A DNA stretch of 64,000 bases, taken from the NCBI RefSeq assembly GCF_964355755.1, contig NC_092679.1, forward strand, positions 24,349,432 to 24,413,431, read 5' to 3'. Origin of the DNA: Antedon mediterranea (taxonomy: Eukaryota > Animalia > Echinodermata). The position numbers and the translations under genes are program-made. This document shows, piece by piece, positions 39,301-52,084 of the stretch; the first letter of the stretch is position 1; each line of letters starts with the position of its first letter. The notes below the pieces were generated by a model. That model saw nothing but the letters and a program-made list of their open reading frames with translations, made no database searches and was not told the origin of the DNA.

Positions 39301-42300
39301 CAATAACGAAAGAGACAAAAATCCTATATTTTTCATTCGTGTGGCCATACGATGACGTCACAAAGTCCGGTTAGCCATATTGATTCATGATCCGATATCT
39401 ACAACTCATCAACTTCCAGAATTTGTAATTAAAAAAAATTTCACCTCGTTGTTTAGAATCTTTGACTGTTTAAAAAAAGGCATAATTTTGACGAATTTTG
39501 ACAAATTTTTTAACTTTTTCATAAAAAACGCACGTAAATTATTCAATTCAACGTGCCCGTATGACGTAATTTTCAATCGAAATTGTTTAAAAGTTGGTAA
39601 AATTACTAGAAAAGGCTGAAAAAACATAAATCACACAAAAAAATTGTTTTCAACGCTACGTTCGCACCATGCGCGTAAAAAAAGGCGCGCGCGTGGGAAT
39701 TTTTTACAGGCTTAAAATTACATGAAACGCGTAGAAAGTTGATTAGAAATTGATTTTTCGCATTTTGAAATTTTAAACGCGCGTGCGCGCGTCACTTCGT
39801 GTGAAACATGCCATTTTTTCCCCATAGTCAGTTAGCGCAAGATATAACTTAAACTTTTTTCAAGTTTCATATTAAATTGTTATATGGTTTTCGATCTATG
39901 TTAAATACGCGAAATTCGGAAAAACGCGCGTAAGTCATGTTGCGCAACTCTGACGTCATTCAAAAATAGGAGGTGCACAATTTCACGTAAATGCCCACAT
40001 GTTGACAAAGTTATGAAATGTTATGTTTACACGTTTTTGAGTTACGCGAGACACAAAAATGACAGAAAGAAAGAAGAATACAGAAAAAAAAAAAAAAGAT
40101 GATGAAACAGGACAGTTACAAGGAGTTATCCGCTCAATGCGGATAACTAATAATTATTAAACACACAACATAACTTGAAACAACTTGAAATATAAACGTA
40201 TAAAAGTACATTTTTAGCGATAATAAAAGCAAAACGGTACTTTTTACAACATAATTAAATTGATGAAAATTGATTTCGATTTGCTCTACGCTATGGGCTT
40301 TCCACAGTTCTCAAGTTATTCGAAATGTTCATATACTTTTTTTTACCCCAATACACGCCCTTAATAAACAGCTTACATAAAATAATATCTCGATGTTGAA
40401 CTTACCTAACCCATCAATCTCCAAGTCCGTGTCCCATCCACTGTCGCTATCATCATCCTTAAGAGGTGTCTCTTTGATCAAACTGTTCATATTCCGATCT
40501 AGATGGACACTGGAAAGTGGTAGACTGGACAGTCTACGGTTGCTCGTTTCGGTCGACTCGTCCTCATATTCCGGCTTATCACTGTTTACCTGCAACTCAC
40601 CATTATGTAGCTAATAGATGAAATGATAAAAACTGGCGATAATAACCAAGGCGCAACACAAACCACAAAGTCAACATAATAAACCCATAGATTGTTCCAA
40701 AGTCCTGTTAAATGAACCAATCTCATTCACACAAGTTTATGTCCGCCTCAGTCTCTGGTCATAAATAAACTATTTTGATAAAAACACTTTATTTAATTGA
40801 CTGTTTACTTTATTTTTAGCGGATACCGGTGACGTAAGCACAATAAACATGAACTATGCAGCACCAGTTTTGTTCCTTCGTTCATTTGAGAAATTCCGCT
40901 AAACCACGGAATTCGTGTTTTTCATCCGCCTCTGACTATCAGTGTACACAAATGTGTTTCTATCAATTGTCATATGCATTTTATTTATAATTTTTTTTCT
41001 TTACAAAAATACATAAAGACATCTGCGTACTATTATAAAATATGGTAATATAAACATGACGGGTGTACTGTATGACAAAAACTAAAAGTTCGGAAGATGT
41101 CGTAAGAAGTTTGATAAAATTATAAAAAAGCATTGAAAATATAAAACATAAAAATTGATTTTTTAAAAATGTTCCTATAATAACACAATTATATTGAGAA
41201 CAACAATTTAAACTAGGGAAAGATCTGACTTTATATATTGAACATTTTGTTTGAAATAAACTGTTGAACAAATTCGTAGGCCTACTATTTGTAAGCCTAG
41301 TAGCAGTGGCTGGCCTACTATTTGTAAGCCTAGTGGGGCAGTGGCTGGCCTACTATTTGTAAGCCTAGTAGCAGTGGCTGCAAATGAAACGATTGTGCAA
41401 ATGCATTCATTCCTCCTCAAATTGATCGATCTCCGTCCTGCAAAATGTCGTTATTGTATGTTCTCTCAAAATAATGAATCCATCTAGAAGCTATTGACAA
41501 GTTGATATTATGTTCCTATTCTTCTTAATCCTAACAATCGAAAAATAATGAAAGAACCCGGCACGTTGTTATTGTATAATGTATATTTCCTTTTCTTTCG
41601 TTCAGTCTTAACTCATTAATATTCATGCATATCTTGTGTGACGACGACGCTTCCCTTATACTGATCATGTTCATTTATATTTTATTGGCAATACAATGTG
41701 TTTGGTAATTTGTAAGTGCCCACGAAAGAGAAATTCATAATTAATAATTTTTTTCTTCTGCATGCTGTCATACAATTATTCATTGTATAATACCACCAAA
41801 ATTACATGTTTCGAGAAATCTATTCTCACCATCAGAACTGTAATGAAAGCCTAGAGTACTATACCTACTACACAGTTGTATTTAAATGAGGCAATTGTTG
41901 CTGTAGCCTACAAAAACTAACATAAACTATTCCATGATACACTTGTAACATGTGACGCTTTTTAACTAAATTTAATTTGTTATTATTATTAAAGAATAAT
42001 ATCCTTATAAAAATATGTTTATTCGTTTTAATAAATACTTTTAGGCCTCCAGACATTTTTAGAAATTGAATTTTACGCGGCCTCGAAAAAGTAATTTATT
42101 ATAATAATTCGCTCGCTTTTATTTTTGCATTCTGTATACAAAACTATAATGTTGCTGGCAAGCATAACATCTTAACCTTACAAATAATGTTGCTGGCTGG
42201 CATAACAACTTACCCTTACAAATAATCCTTATGATACAGTTGGAACATATGATGTACATGTATGCTGTATCATAGAGCTAAAGGATAACATCCCAAAAAG

Positions 42301-42634
42301 ACTATTAATTAAAACAGCATTGACAATCGGACTTTTTTAATCGAAAGCGATTACACATTTTTATATTTATAATGTTCAAATTATTAATAGATTGGTTGTT
42401 CTGAGAGTAACATATTTTGCTTTTGTAGAAAAAAAAACAACTCAAAATTGCAGTTGCGTCAATAAATACTTCATTATTGTTTCTTTAAAGTAACGTTTTG
42501 CTCATAATAACAAAAAATAATTCATCAATATATTATTTAATAGTTTTAATAATTTAGTATAATACATGTTATTTTATTCCTACCTTTTGTATTATTTTTC
42601 TCCGTTGCTGTTTCGGTAATTTTCGTGACTCCAT
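30389..42634 (-). CDS. LRRC74-like leucine-rich-repeat protein with C-terminal EF-hand pair
   Basis: Approximate exons 42634-42584 (tentative first exon, MESRKLPKQQRRKIIQK), 40589-40406, 37570-37392, 37092-36986, 36194-36103, 35815-35767, 35092-35009, 34781-34696, 34541-34347, 33471-33377, 33045-32797, 32299-32214, 30887-30389. GWDTDLEID; YQQACTDLGVIPVSHF..MKHHGLGPTGAKAIA; RNI-type LRRs (LDLEDNWI, LDLSWNHIR, LNISWNGL); EF loops DKDKSMSVSKEE and DKDGDGEIDFSE. A versus B paralogue not resolvable. Confidence 0.85.
31212..31449. repeat. ~60-bp tandem repeat, 4 copies
   Basis: Unit tttatttggtgactagatctatgtaatttagtgagacatctcttcctactgtatgta. Confidence 0.95.
32357..32480 (+). mobile_element. SINE 3' tail fragment, same family as 63770-64000
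   Basis: aaaaaatgactggggtaat.atgttcagcgctt is shared with the minus strand at about 63810-63850; ends gcgctatataaat...(tat)n. Confidence 0.65.
35381..35480 (+). mobile_element. Short degenerate Helentron-associated element (HINE/DINE-1-like)
   Basis: ttttAGTCGC ... (ggtc)n ... GCGACT, then stem-loop gccatgtacatatggc and cttgtt end. Confidence 0.55.
38560..40150 (-). mobile_element. Non-autonomous Helentron (HINE/DINE-1-like), ~1.6 kb, in an LRRC74-like intron
   Basis: Subterminal repeat agttatccgc at 38592-38601 and 40124-40133, with its inverted copy gcggataact at 40139-40148; terminal hairpin aactcgtca-ctt-tgacgagtt at 38571-38591; CpG-rich interior; inserted in an (aat)n run with no TSD distinguishable from it. 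Confidence 0.75.
41280..41380. repeat. 33-36-bp tandem repeat, 3 copies
   Basis: gcctactatttgtaagcctagtagcagtggctg. Confidence 0.9.
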
Positions 42635-43507
42635 TTTCAATGCAATAATAATTTGGTTTCAAATAATTTATTGTTATATTTCATAACTCCATCTACTCGC
42701 TTGATTGTGATCTATACTTTCTGTGTATCGTCGCTAAGAGACCGTACATTATATTCCATTGATCTAATTTAGTCTTTATATGAGAATAATATGAGCATTG
42801 TTGTTCAGTAATTTCATACCTGAATTAAGTTGACTTTTACACGAGCTGTTATGACGCTTGAATTATTGAAACTATTGATCAATATATTATTGATAACTTG
42901 ATATAAGAAGTACAGCTTTAGATACAAAGGGTATTGTTACACAATGATTATCATATATATAAACATTATTCCACCCGATTCTCATACCGTATGACGTTAT
43001 ATCATGTCTAGCAACAATAAAACAACCAGTGTTTTCTTGTCACAACTGATACAACCTTTCTCTCAAATGGATTACTATAAATGCTTCCTGAGGTTACATT
43101 GCCTCTTTATTCAGTGACACGTGCTATAACTATGATATGGCATGTTACCGTTCCTTGTTATGAAACAGCCCCGCAGTTTCTTGTTATTAGACATAAAACC
43201 GTCCTACTGCATAACCAGTATACTTATTTATGTCATCATTATTAGCAATCTGATGGGTTTGTAACAGTTGCTGTTCATATTCATTAATGTAGGCCTACTT
43301 TTTAGGTAATAATTGTAGGTGTAGGTGGTATGTTGATAGTGATAAATGTAGTTGTGGTAAAGGGTGTTGATAACGGTTTTAGTTATGGTAACAACACTGA
43401 TGATTCTGCTTGTGGAGCGGTTCTCATTGTGATTGGGATGTGGTGCTTGGTGATTAAGGACGTTGATGGTTGTGGCATGGAGGTATACTGTACCTCCATG
43501 CTTGTGG

Positions 43508-43841
43508 TAACGGTTGGATATGTTGGTTGTATTGATGAACGGTGTGGTGACAGTAAAGAGTTGTGGTGATGGTTCTATTTGCGGCTACGGTGACGGTTGT
43601 GCTGCTGATGGTAATGGTTGGATATGTTGGTTGTCTTGGTTGTATTGATGAACGGTGTGGTGACAGTAAAGAGTTGTGGTGATGGTTCTATTGCGGCTAC
43701 GGTGACGGTTGTGCTGCTGATGGTAACGGTTGGATATGTTGGTTGTCTTGGTTGTATTGATGAACGGTGTGTGGTGACAGTAAAGAGTTGTGGTGATGGT
43801 TCTATTGCGGCTACAGTGACGGTTGTGCTGCTGATGGTAAC
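43508..43841. repeat. ~112-bp GT-rich tandem repeat, 3 copies
   Basis: ggttggatatgttggttgt...gatgaacggtgtggtgacagtaaagagttgtggtgatggttctattgcggctacggtgacggttgtgctgctgatggtaac. Confidence 0.9.
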
Positions 43842-46153
43842 GAAGTTGATGGTGTGATTTTGTAACGAAGGAAGTTATTGTTAGTAGAGTGATTGAGATT
43901 TAGTTTCTACAGTTGGAGACAATAGACTTAAGAATAGCTCACTTTTAATCAGGGCCAGTCAAAGATAGGCCACCTGCTGGTTTATTTTTGAAATCAGAAA
44001 GTTATGTTAAGGCTGCCAGCATTGACGTTGAGCCGAACAATAGAATGTCGAAATATTCTGGGCAACCATTTTAACACTTACCCCTGTAACGCGATTGTAT
44101 CTTAACATAGTTAACTCCAGGAGTCGTCAATGGATATTGATCAGGACACAATATACAATGGATATGATTAACTATTAATGAGTCCGTTATAGACAATGGT
44201 GGAGCCTAATACATGTGATCCGGTACTGGTTAGTATGCCTGGATATATTTGGAATTAGTTTTATTGTAATATATTTATCTGGTTCTTCTCAAAACGTGAA
44301 CATATTATTAAAATACAGAATAGAGAATAAAGAAACATTTCAACTTTAATTTAGAAAATATAAAATTTACCACGTATACTCTGGCAGAGGCATATTCAAA
44401 TCATACTTATAATTTTTTTTTGCTACCGTCAAGAAATTTAAGATGTGCTTTAAGTGTAAAACTGATGCTATGATATTTATCAAACCAGATCATACAATGT
44501 CATCTAGGCTAGTCCTAGGCCTAGAATTGCTGGTAATGCGCCGAAATATTTTTACTTAATTAAACATTATTTTAACTTACGTATTGATCATTCACATAAA
44601 ACAAGTTTACATTTTTTGTTTTGCTAAACACCCCAGAACCTTTTTTTGATAAAGTGGATACTGATTCTTTATCGATAAATTTAATTTAGGAAAATAACAA
44701 GTTTTGGCGAAATAGATTGTGCCAGAACCTTTCTGTGACCTAAACGCCGTTTGTCTGTGAAATTCTTGTTTTAAACATTTATTAACAAGTTACATACCCT
44801 AGGAATACATATTTGTATTGCGGGTGTAGTAATGACCCACGGTAATGTATACCCTATGCCTATCATTTGTTCATGTTATGACCCCCACAGAAAAACAAAC
44901 AAAACATTACCATTTCACTTGTATCTGCTGATTGATCTGTGCAGACTATTTCTTCTTCCTCTCCCACCGACATTATAGTAATTCCAAAACACGACAATCA
45001 AAATTAAGTTTGACCTGCTTGCCCCCCAATACTAGCCTAGGCCTACTGCTTGTTTAGGCCCCTATACTCCCTCTGGTCCTGGGATTTGACGGGTAGGCTA
45101 GTTAGCCTAGGCCTATCCTAATAAGTTTGACTTATTGGCCAGACTTATAAATCAGGAAAAATAAATTTACAATTACATTAATAGTTCTGCTCTTCAGTGT
45201 TATTTGAAATCAATGCTCAGTCAATGAGAACACAATAAAGTGTAAATATTTAAGGGAGGCTTAAGAATCGTTAGTGTACAAAACAAATTCAGAGTGGATA
45301 CTACTAAGTATACAATTGTCCCAGCAACCAGTAGCGTAACACAATAGAAAAAGGATTTAGTTGTAGCGAATATTGCGCGGTTACGCTCTTTCGCGTTTCG
45401 AACAATGCCGCGTCACACAATACAAGTTGATAAAAGCACATTGTGACGTAAACATATGATTGTACATTTAATATATTGATTTTGATTGTTAGTATAGAAG
45501 TCAATCGCTGTGATCTGAAACTGTAGCTGACTAAGCACGGTAATAGGCCTAGGCCTACATGAGTCATACAAGTTACATTGTGCATTGGTAAAAATCAGTT
45601 AATAACATTCTTCTCCTTCCAAATACCATACCACTGAATTTCCCGCAATCACATCCAGTAGGTATAGGCTAGGCCTAGCCTAGATCAAAATGTGAATCTT
45701 ATAGTTAATGGTGGTAGGCCTAGGCATAATTGTTTGCGCGAAATAACGTCAAAATAACAACAATCGACTGGCACTGATTTATTATTTAACGTATTTAATA
45801 CTGGTTGTATTGTATTGTAATTCAAATACTAGGCCTATCGTATACATAGTGAAAATATCTATTATGTGAAACTATACAACCATGATGAAAAACTTAATAT
45901 TCATAATATTTACCTTTATTTTCAAATACAAATTGCAACGAATTTTACGGTATTTATTTTAGGAATGCTAATAATTTTAATCAATCTTGTAATTCTTTTA
46001 ATTTAATTTTTCATTAAAAAGTTGCTATTTTAGATGGATATGAGAATATCATATTCCCCATTTTTTCTTTCAACATCTATATTTTTGTAGTTGTGAGTAA
46101 AGCTTAGATAAATAGGAATCATCAAACTACCTTTGATTGCCAGAGTGATTATA

Positions 46154-46438
46154 ATGGCAGGTCAAAACGAATGTTCAGTATGTTATACTGATCTAAACTC
46201 TGGTGAAACGTGGAAGTGTAGTCAGTGTATACTGACTGTCCACTTATCGTGCATACTCCGTTGGTATCGCACTTCGTACAATAATCGAACATGTCCGCAA
46301 TGTAGATTTCCTGATTTCCTATGTCTGAACCGTCTGGTATTAATGAGATGTTATTCGCCGAATCTGATAGAAGTTGGATTCGTGCGTTTGAATTCTATAC
46401 CTAGGCGGATTCATTATCTTATGTATTCATTATCCTAG
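46154..46438 (+). CDS. Small intronless C4HC3 RING (RING-CH/LTN1-type) finger ORF, 94 aa; possibly a pseudogene
   Basis: MAGQNE-CSVC-YTDLNSGETWK-CSQC-ILTV-HLSC-ILRW-YRTSYNNRT-CPQCR: all eight Zn ligands plus the conserved Trp and terminal Pro/Arg. Confidence 0.55.
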   Translation: MAGQNECSVCYTDLNSGETWKCSQCILTVHLSCILRWYRTSYNNRTCPQCRFPDFLCLNRLVLMRCYSPNLIEVGFVRLNSIPRRIHYLMYSLS

Positions 46439-46704
46439 GATTATTCCAACTAGAGTAAGTTTCCATGACTCTAGAAAGTCACTTGGAGTGACTTTTTGAC
46501 TTTAATCGATGTTGTGTAAATAACAGGTCACGTAATTGTCTATTGTACTACAACTACTGTCTATCCGATTGAAGTTAGAAGAACTTTTGAAGAACCAATA
46601 ATAATATTATTTATTCCAAACCGCTATCATAATGGTACACTAGGTATCGTAATCAACGATTTTCTTTTACAGCATACTAATACGTGCTGTCATTAATATC
46701 AGTA

Positions 46705-47062
46705 TTACTAAAGAAACATTTTACTATAAAACATTTCTCATCTCCCGTGCTCGAACCGAAAGATATGCCAAAAGTGCTATACCCTTTCTCGCCAAACTCC
46801 TTAATGACAAGTTAAATGATTAAATGATTCTTGTTTTATTGGTCGCCATATGCAATTTCTCCTCGCGTGCTTGTGTGCTACTTTTTTTCAATTTCCAATT
46901 TCGTATATTTTTTATCGATTCTTGAATTTTGTACCGTTATATTTTTATATTTGTAATTTTTTAGATTTTTTTGTCCTTTTGATGTGTACATTATCATGTT
47001 AATATTGTTTTAATTCAGCCTTGTGCTGCGATTACGATATATTGAATAAATAAATAAATAAA
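46705..47062 (+). mobile_element. LINE 3' end fragment
   Basis: Translates KTFLISRARTERYAKSAIPFLAKLLND (ORF2 C-terminus-like), then a 3' UTR ending aattcagcc..gctgcg..(aata)n. Confidence 0.65.
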
Positions 47063-47577
47063 TATATATATTAGAATAGAAAACTATCACAAGAAAGCAA
47101 ATCAGACACTAACCAATGATTATCATACAGTAGAAAACATTTAATATACATTGCTGCATTTGTAAACTGTAAAAATCTGGGTAATAATACAGAATTATCG
47201 ATTCTAATTGAATTGTTGCTTTATTAATCTAGCTGATATAAAAAAGCAATCGAGTAAAGACTAAAACTGTTTGAATCGATTAAATCAAAACAAAATTTAT
47301 ACAGATTTTTTAACATTATACGATTGAAAATAATCAGTAATTCAGTAAAGAAAGAATTTGAATAACTGTCATAATTGAGGTCAATCGGCAAAGATTTAAA
47401 TTTGTTATTATCATTTACCGTTCAATCTTTAAGAGTGAGAATGAATTTACTCCTAAACCTCCTCATTCATAATTTCACCGTATAAATCATCATCTCCAAC
47501 ATGCAGAATGCGACATTATAAATATATTAAATATAAAGATATAGTAAAATCAACACATATTGGTTATCGTCCACAGC

Positions 47578-50500
47578 CTATTTGTACGACATCATGGAAC
47601 AAAATTCTGAAAAATTAAAAATAAAATGCTCTTAAATATTAGAAAAGAGAAACGTTAAGAGAGTTAATGGTTTACAATTTAGGCAAAAGTTCGTACTTTA
47701 AATTCACATCTGGTTATTGATAATTGACATTCCGCGATCATTCACATGACCAAAAATGGAAATAGAAACCGAAATGACATTGATGAAGGTTTCAGTTCAG
47801 TGAAAGGAAATGTACTTATGGGCAACATGACAATAAGGCACTTAACGGCCTCTTGGTCGTCGATCCAACCATAAAAGTTACGACTGGCAATGAAAGTATA
47901 ATTATTTAAGAATAACAATAATTAACACTAAGGACATGCCTACGGTAGAATGGCATACGGTACATTCTCTATGCCTACATATTTTAACGTACGTGCATGT
48001 TGCGTTTGTGCGGATGTTACGTTTATCACAATGATCGCTAATAATTCGTCGAATTAAAATCTAGTAGGCCTATGTATTGTCCTTATATAAACTTATTTAA
48101 ACGCACGGCTTGAAAGCGTGGTTGAAAAAAAACGCGTATTAAAAAAAAGTAGGCCTTGAGTATTATTTAAAAAATACATGATATTAAAAACAGACTTTAC
48201 CTTCAAAGCTAACCTGGCCATCTCCATCTACGTCAGCCTCTTTTATCATATCATTAATGTCCTCATCAGTCAACTTCTCTCCTAAGTTGGTCATTACAAA
48301 GTGGAGTTCCTTTGCCCTGTTTAAACAACAAGTAACTTGTAATTATTGACAAAATATGAATTAAATTTCCGAGCTTAATATACAAATGTAAATGTATCGT
48401 CTTCATAAACTGATAAACACTCTACGGACCCACATCAACCTCAGTGCAGCACATAAGGTATATACAATGTAATGTTATGTCGTAATCGGTAGTTCGACAA
48501 CTGTCTGCAGAATGCGCATGCCGATTCCCAGTGCTGTAAATCCATACATAATAATACGATACCGGTATTGCTTTTATCTCAATACAATATACTTTACTAT
48601 CAATTCTACATCTTTCGGATGAGACGTGCCGTTGGAGTCCTGTGTAAATACAGTGCACTTAATCACGATAGAGCGCTAAAGAACTTGTATAATAATGATG
48701 TAAAAATACAAGTACATACGTAATGAAACCGTCTCCATCTTTGTCGAATACACCAAATATTTCTTTGTTTTCCTGTGTTGGGTCTTTCTTTGTCTTCTTT
48801 GCCATCAATACAAGAAATTCTTCAAATTCAATTGATCCTGAGCCTGTAATGTAAATTATACAGTATAACAATTATATTCTTTCAATACATTAATTATGTG
48901 ATTCATCCAATATGGTACTGTACATAGTTCTGTCGAATTAAAAGAAAAGACTCGTTTAACCATGAGAGTCAGCTTTATAATTAAAATGTTAAGGTGTCAT
49001 ATCTATGCATTTTTGTGTTGCGATAATTAATTGTAGACATATTATTTTGCTAAGCTCTGGAAAAATGTTATGTTATTTATGTGACAATAAATAAAATCTT
49101 GAATATTGAAATCTCGTACGCTTGTGACCTGTCATGTCCAACAGGCACAAGTTATTTAACCACTGAACTCCATCAAAAATCAACTCTACTATACCTTTAC
49201 TAATTACAATAATACAGCGTATTTACATTAATAAAATTAAAATGTTGTCCCTTTAAATAGGGATGAATCAAACATTTGAAACACTCAGAAGTGTCTCTGT
49301 CCCTTTAATATGTGTCCCATGACTGTATGTATTACAATATTTTATTTCCCCCTCGTACCCTCGAGTGAAAGTGTCCCAAAGGATGGGTTCTATTGTATAT
49401 ATTATATTATTCTAATCATGGAAGTGTTAACCCTGATTTTAATTATATTAATTACGAGGACGGTGCAATGAATATACACATGTATGGGATGTCTGTATTT
49501 CGCATCCCGTAGTGGTACCGATAATGATATGATATCTCAGCTGTGTTGTTAATTGGAATGACAGTAGCTCTAGTTGCATATCACTGTGTAGCCTGGTGCT
49601 GACCTTGTCGGCAAACCAAGCCCTTATTTGGAGATATTAGTAGGCGATGATCCAGGTCTTCATCAGTGCATGAAACTGATGTAAGCCTTTTGTATCAATG
49701 GTGTACGCTATAGGCCTAGATGATAACAATATTATTTTCTCTACAAGATTTCGTTTTTAATATTTAGGTAGTATAGACACAAAGACTCTCTATCATCTCT
49801 AATTAATATTAAAGAAAGCTTAAATAAAATTAAGCAAATAAATAAATAAATAATGGACCTCATGGAATATTAAATTACCCATTTGTTTTTTATATAGTTA
49901 TATTATTTTAGTAGGTCTAAGCGTGTTGATAATTATTTCGATTGAATTTAAAATAACCGCTATAAAATTCTATAAATGCTATAAATAAATAAATAAGTAA
50001 TGGAGGGTTACGTCATGGAATATTAAATTACCCTGTATGATTTATAGTTATACTATTTTAGTAGGTCTATAGCTTGTTGATAATTATTGTGTTTGAATTT
50101 TAAATAACCGCTATAAAAGTGTGTAGGCCTATATATATAATTTTTAAACTGACCATCTGTGTCGACTTCTTTGACCATTTCCTCAATCTCTTCTTGTGAT
50201 GGGTTCGATCCTAAAGATCTCATAACTGTTCCAAGTTCCTTTACTGTTACAGTACCGTCGCCATCTTTATCAAAAAGCGTAAATGCTTCTTTCATCTCTG
50301 TAAAAATAAATAATATCGTCATATCAAAATCATATCATATTTATTAATAAAGTAGAGTGTTAGAATCACATACATTTATTTTACTTATTTTTTATTTATT
50401 TACCATCTTAAGGAAGATAACGCGTGCAGATTCCTCAAAAAAGCTCTATTAATTCAAATTAAAGTATGCGTTAATACCACAATAAAAAAACATGACACTA

Positions 50501-52084
50501 GCCAAGACAAAACAATATACAGTAGGCCTATGCCAAAAAAACAAAGCAAGAACTTAATGATAAAGTGATTATTTAAAATAATTAAAAGTTTCTGAATTTA
50601 AGTTTAAATAAATCTAAGAATGTAAGTTTAAGTAAATCTATTTAAATGGATCTATGAAATAAATATGTCAATATAGGATCATCAATGCAATCATCTTTAT
50701 ATATCTAGATATAAATATCTGTTTAGGCCTAATTGCATCATAAACATAGAAGATTATTCAAATTGGTTGAGGGTGAGTAGTGATGATGCGTCGCTGCCCT
50801 TTTGCTTTGTATTTAATATTTGTAAGCAGTCGAATAATAAATAAGTAAACAATAATTATCTATATACTATTCCAATAAATGGCAATTTATTTCACACATA
50901 AAGAAAGCTATCACGTTTTTTAAAATGTGCCAGATTGATAGCCGTTGGCTACTTTGACTAATAATAGCTTATAAGGAATTTTGTTATGGTTCCTAATTTT
51001 TAAACTCTATGTTCCTCCCAGTAGGATAGCTGATGCTGTGTTAAGCCTTTGATGGTGTCTTATTCTATCAACTCATTACTTGCTACTATATTCTTTATTA
51101 AAGCTGGATAAATGTCTCCGTTTAGAATTTCTAATTTTACTTTATTGCACCTGTGGGTGTTTTGATTTCTGTAAGCTGATAGTAAAATGTTTTGGAAAAT
51201 TACAAGCAAAAAACATACTAAGCTTGGAATTTAATTTGGATTTCAATGGTTGTGGTGAAATGAGGAAACAAGAATCAACAACTATATGGGGATTTAGATA
51301 GATATGTTACATGGAATATGTTTTGATAAGTCTTAATTTCAGCATCGAAATCCAGGGTAGTTTGTAAAGCAATTAAATGTAAACTTTGTCTATATACTGT
51401 GATCATCGAGGAAAAAATAAAAAAAAAAATTATTTTTTCCTCCATGCTCTGATCAAACAAATTTCAATTTCAAAACAATGTAGAGAATTTATATGAAAGT
51501 AAAAAATAAGGGTTAAAAATAGAGAAACATGAAACGAAGTGATGGGGTTATGGTTGATGGAAGGGCGCATAACATTAAAATGATATATGATATGATCAGC
51601 CCACAACTGAATCATAAATCATGATTGATTAGCAACTTTGAGGCGAATCTACTGAGAGAGAATTTAGCGGCCCGTACAACTCGCATTTAAAAGATATTCA
51701 AAACGTGTACAACTACCTGTATTAAAATCCAAAATACTATTATCTACCAACAATGTGTTTAGATTAGTTGGAATGAATGAATGTGAACTCACCAGCGATT
51801 TGTTCATCAGTAAAAGCTTCAGCCTGAAATAGAATAAAAAGAAATTTATTTATGAATAATAGCATTAATAATATGTAATTTAACATAATCATCGGAACAT
51901 TATAAAATGTATACACTAATCCCACCTACAAATGTAAATATTGTTTATCTATGTTTATGCGATGAATCGCTTGTTTACAATATAATCGTGTACACACTCG
52001 TAAAATATTTTTTTCAAGAACATCGAACATTAGCATAGCCTAACAATTCAAAAAGAGTAATTAAATAATAAGGATAATTACCAT
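47578..52084 (-). CDS. Calmodulin-like protein A (four canonical EF-hands)
   Basis: Exons 52084-52082 (ATG only, as in calmodulin genes), 51823-51793, 50297-50154, 48843-48720, 48316-48201, 47606-47578. [95 protein letters not shown]. Too divergent to be canonical calmodulin. Confidence 0.93.

Noticed and set aside
49640-49670. Third hammerhead candidate (minus strand CUGAUGAAGACC)
   Set aside because: No closing stem II or GAAA box follows.
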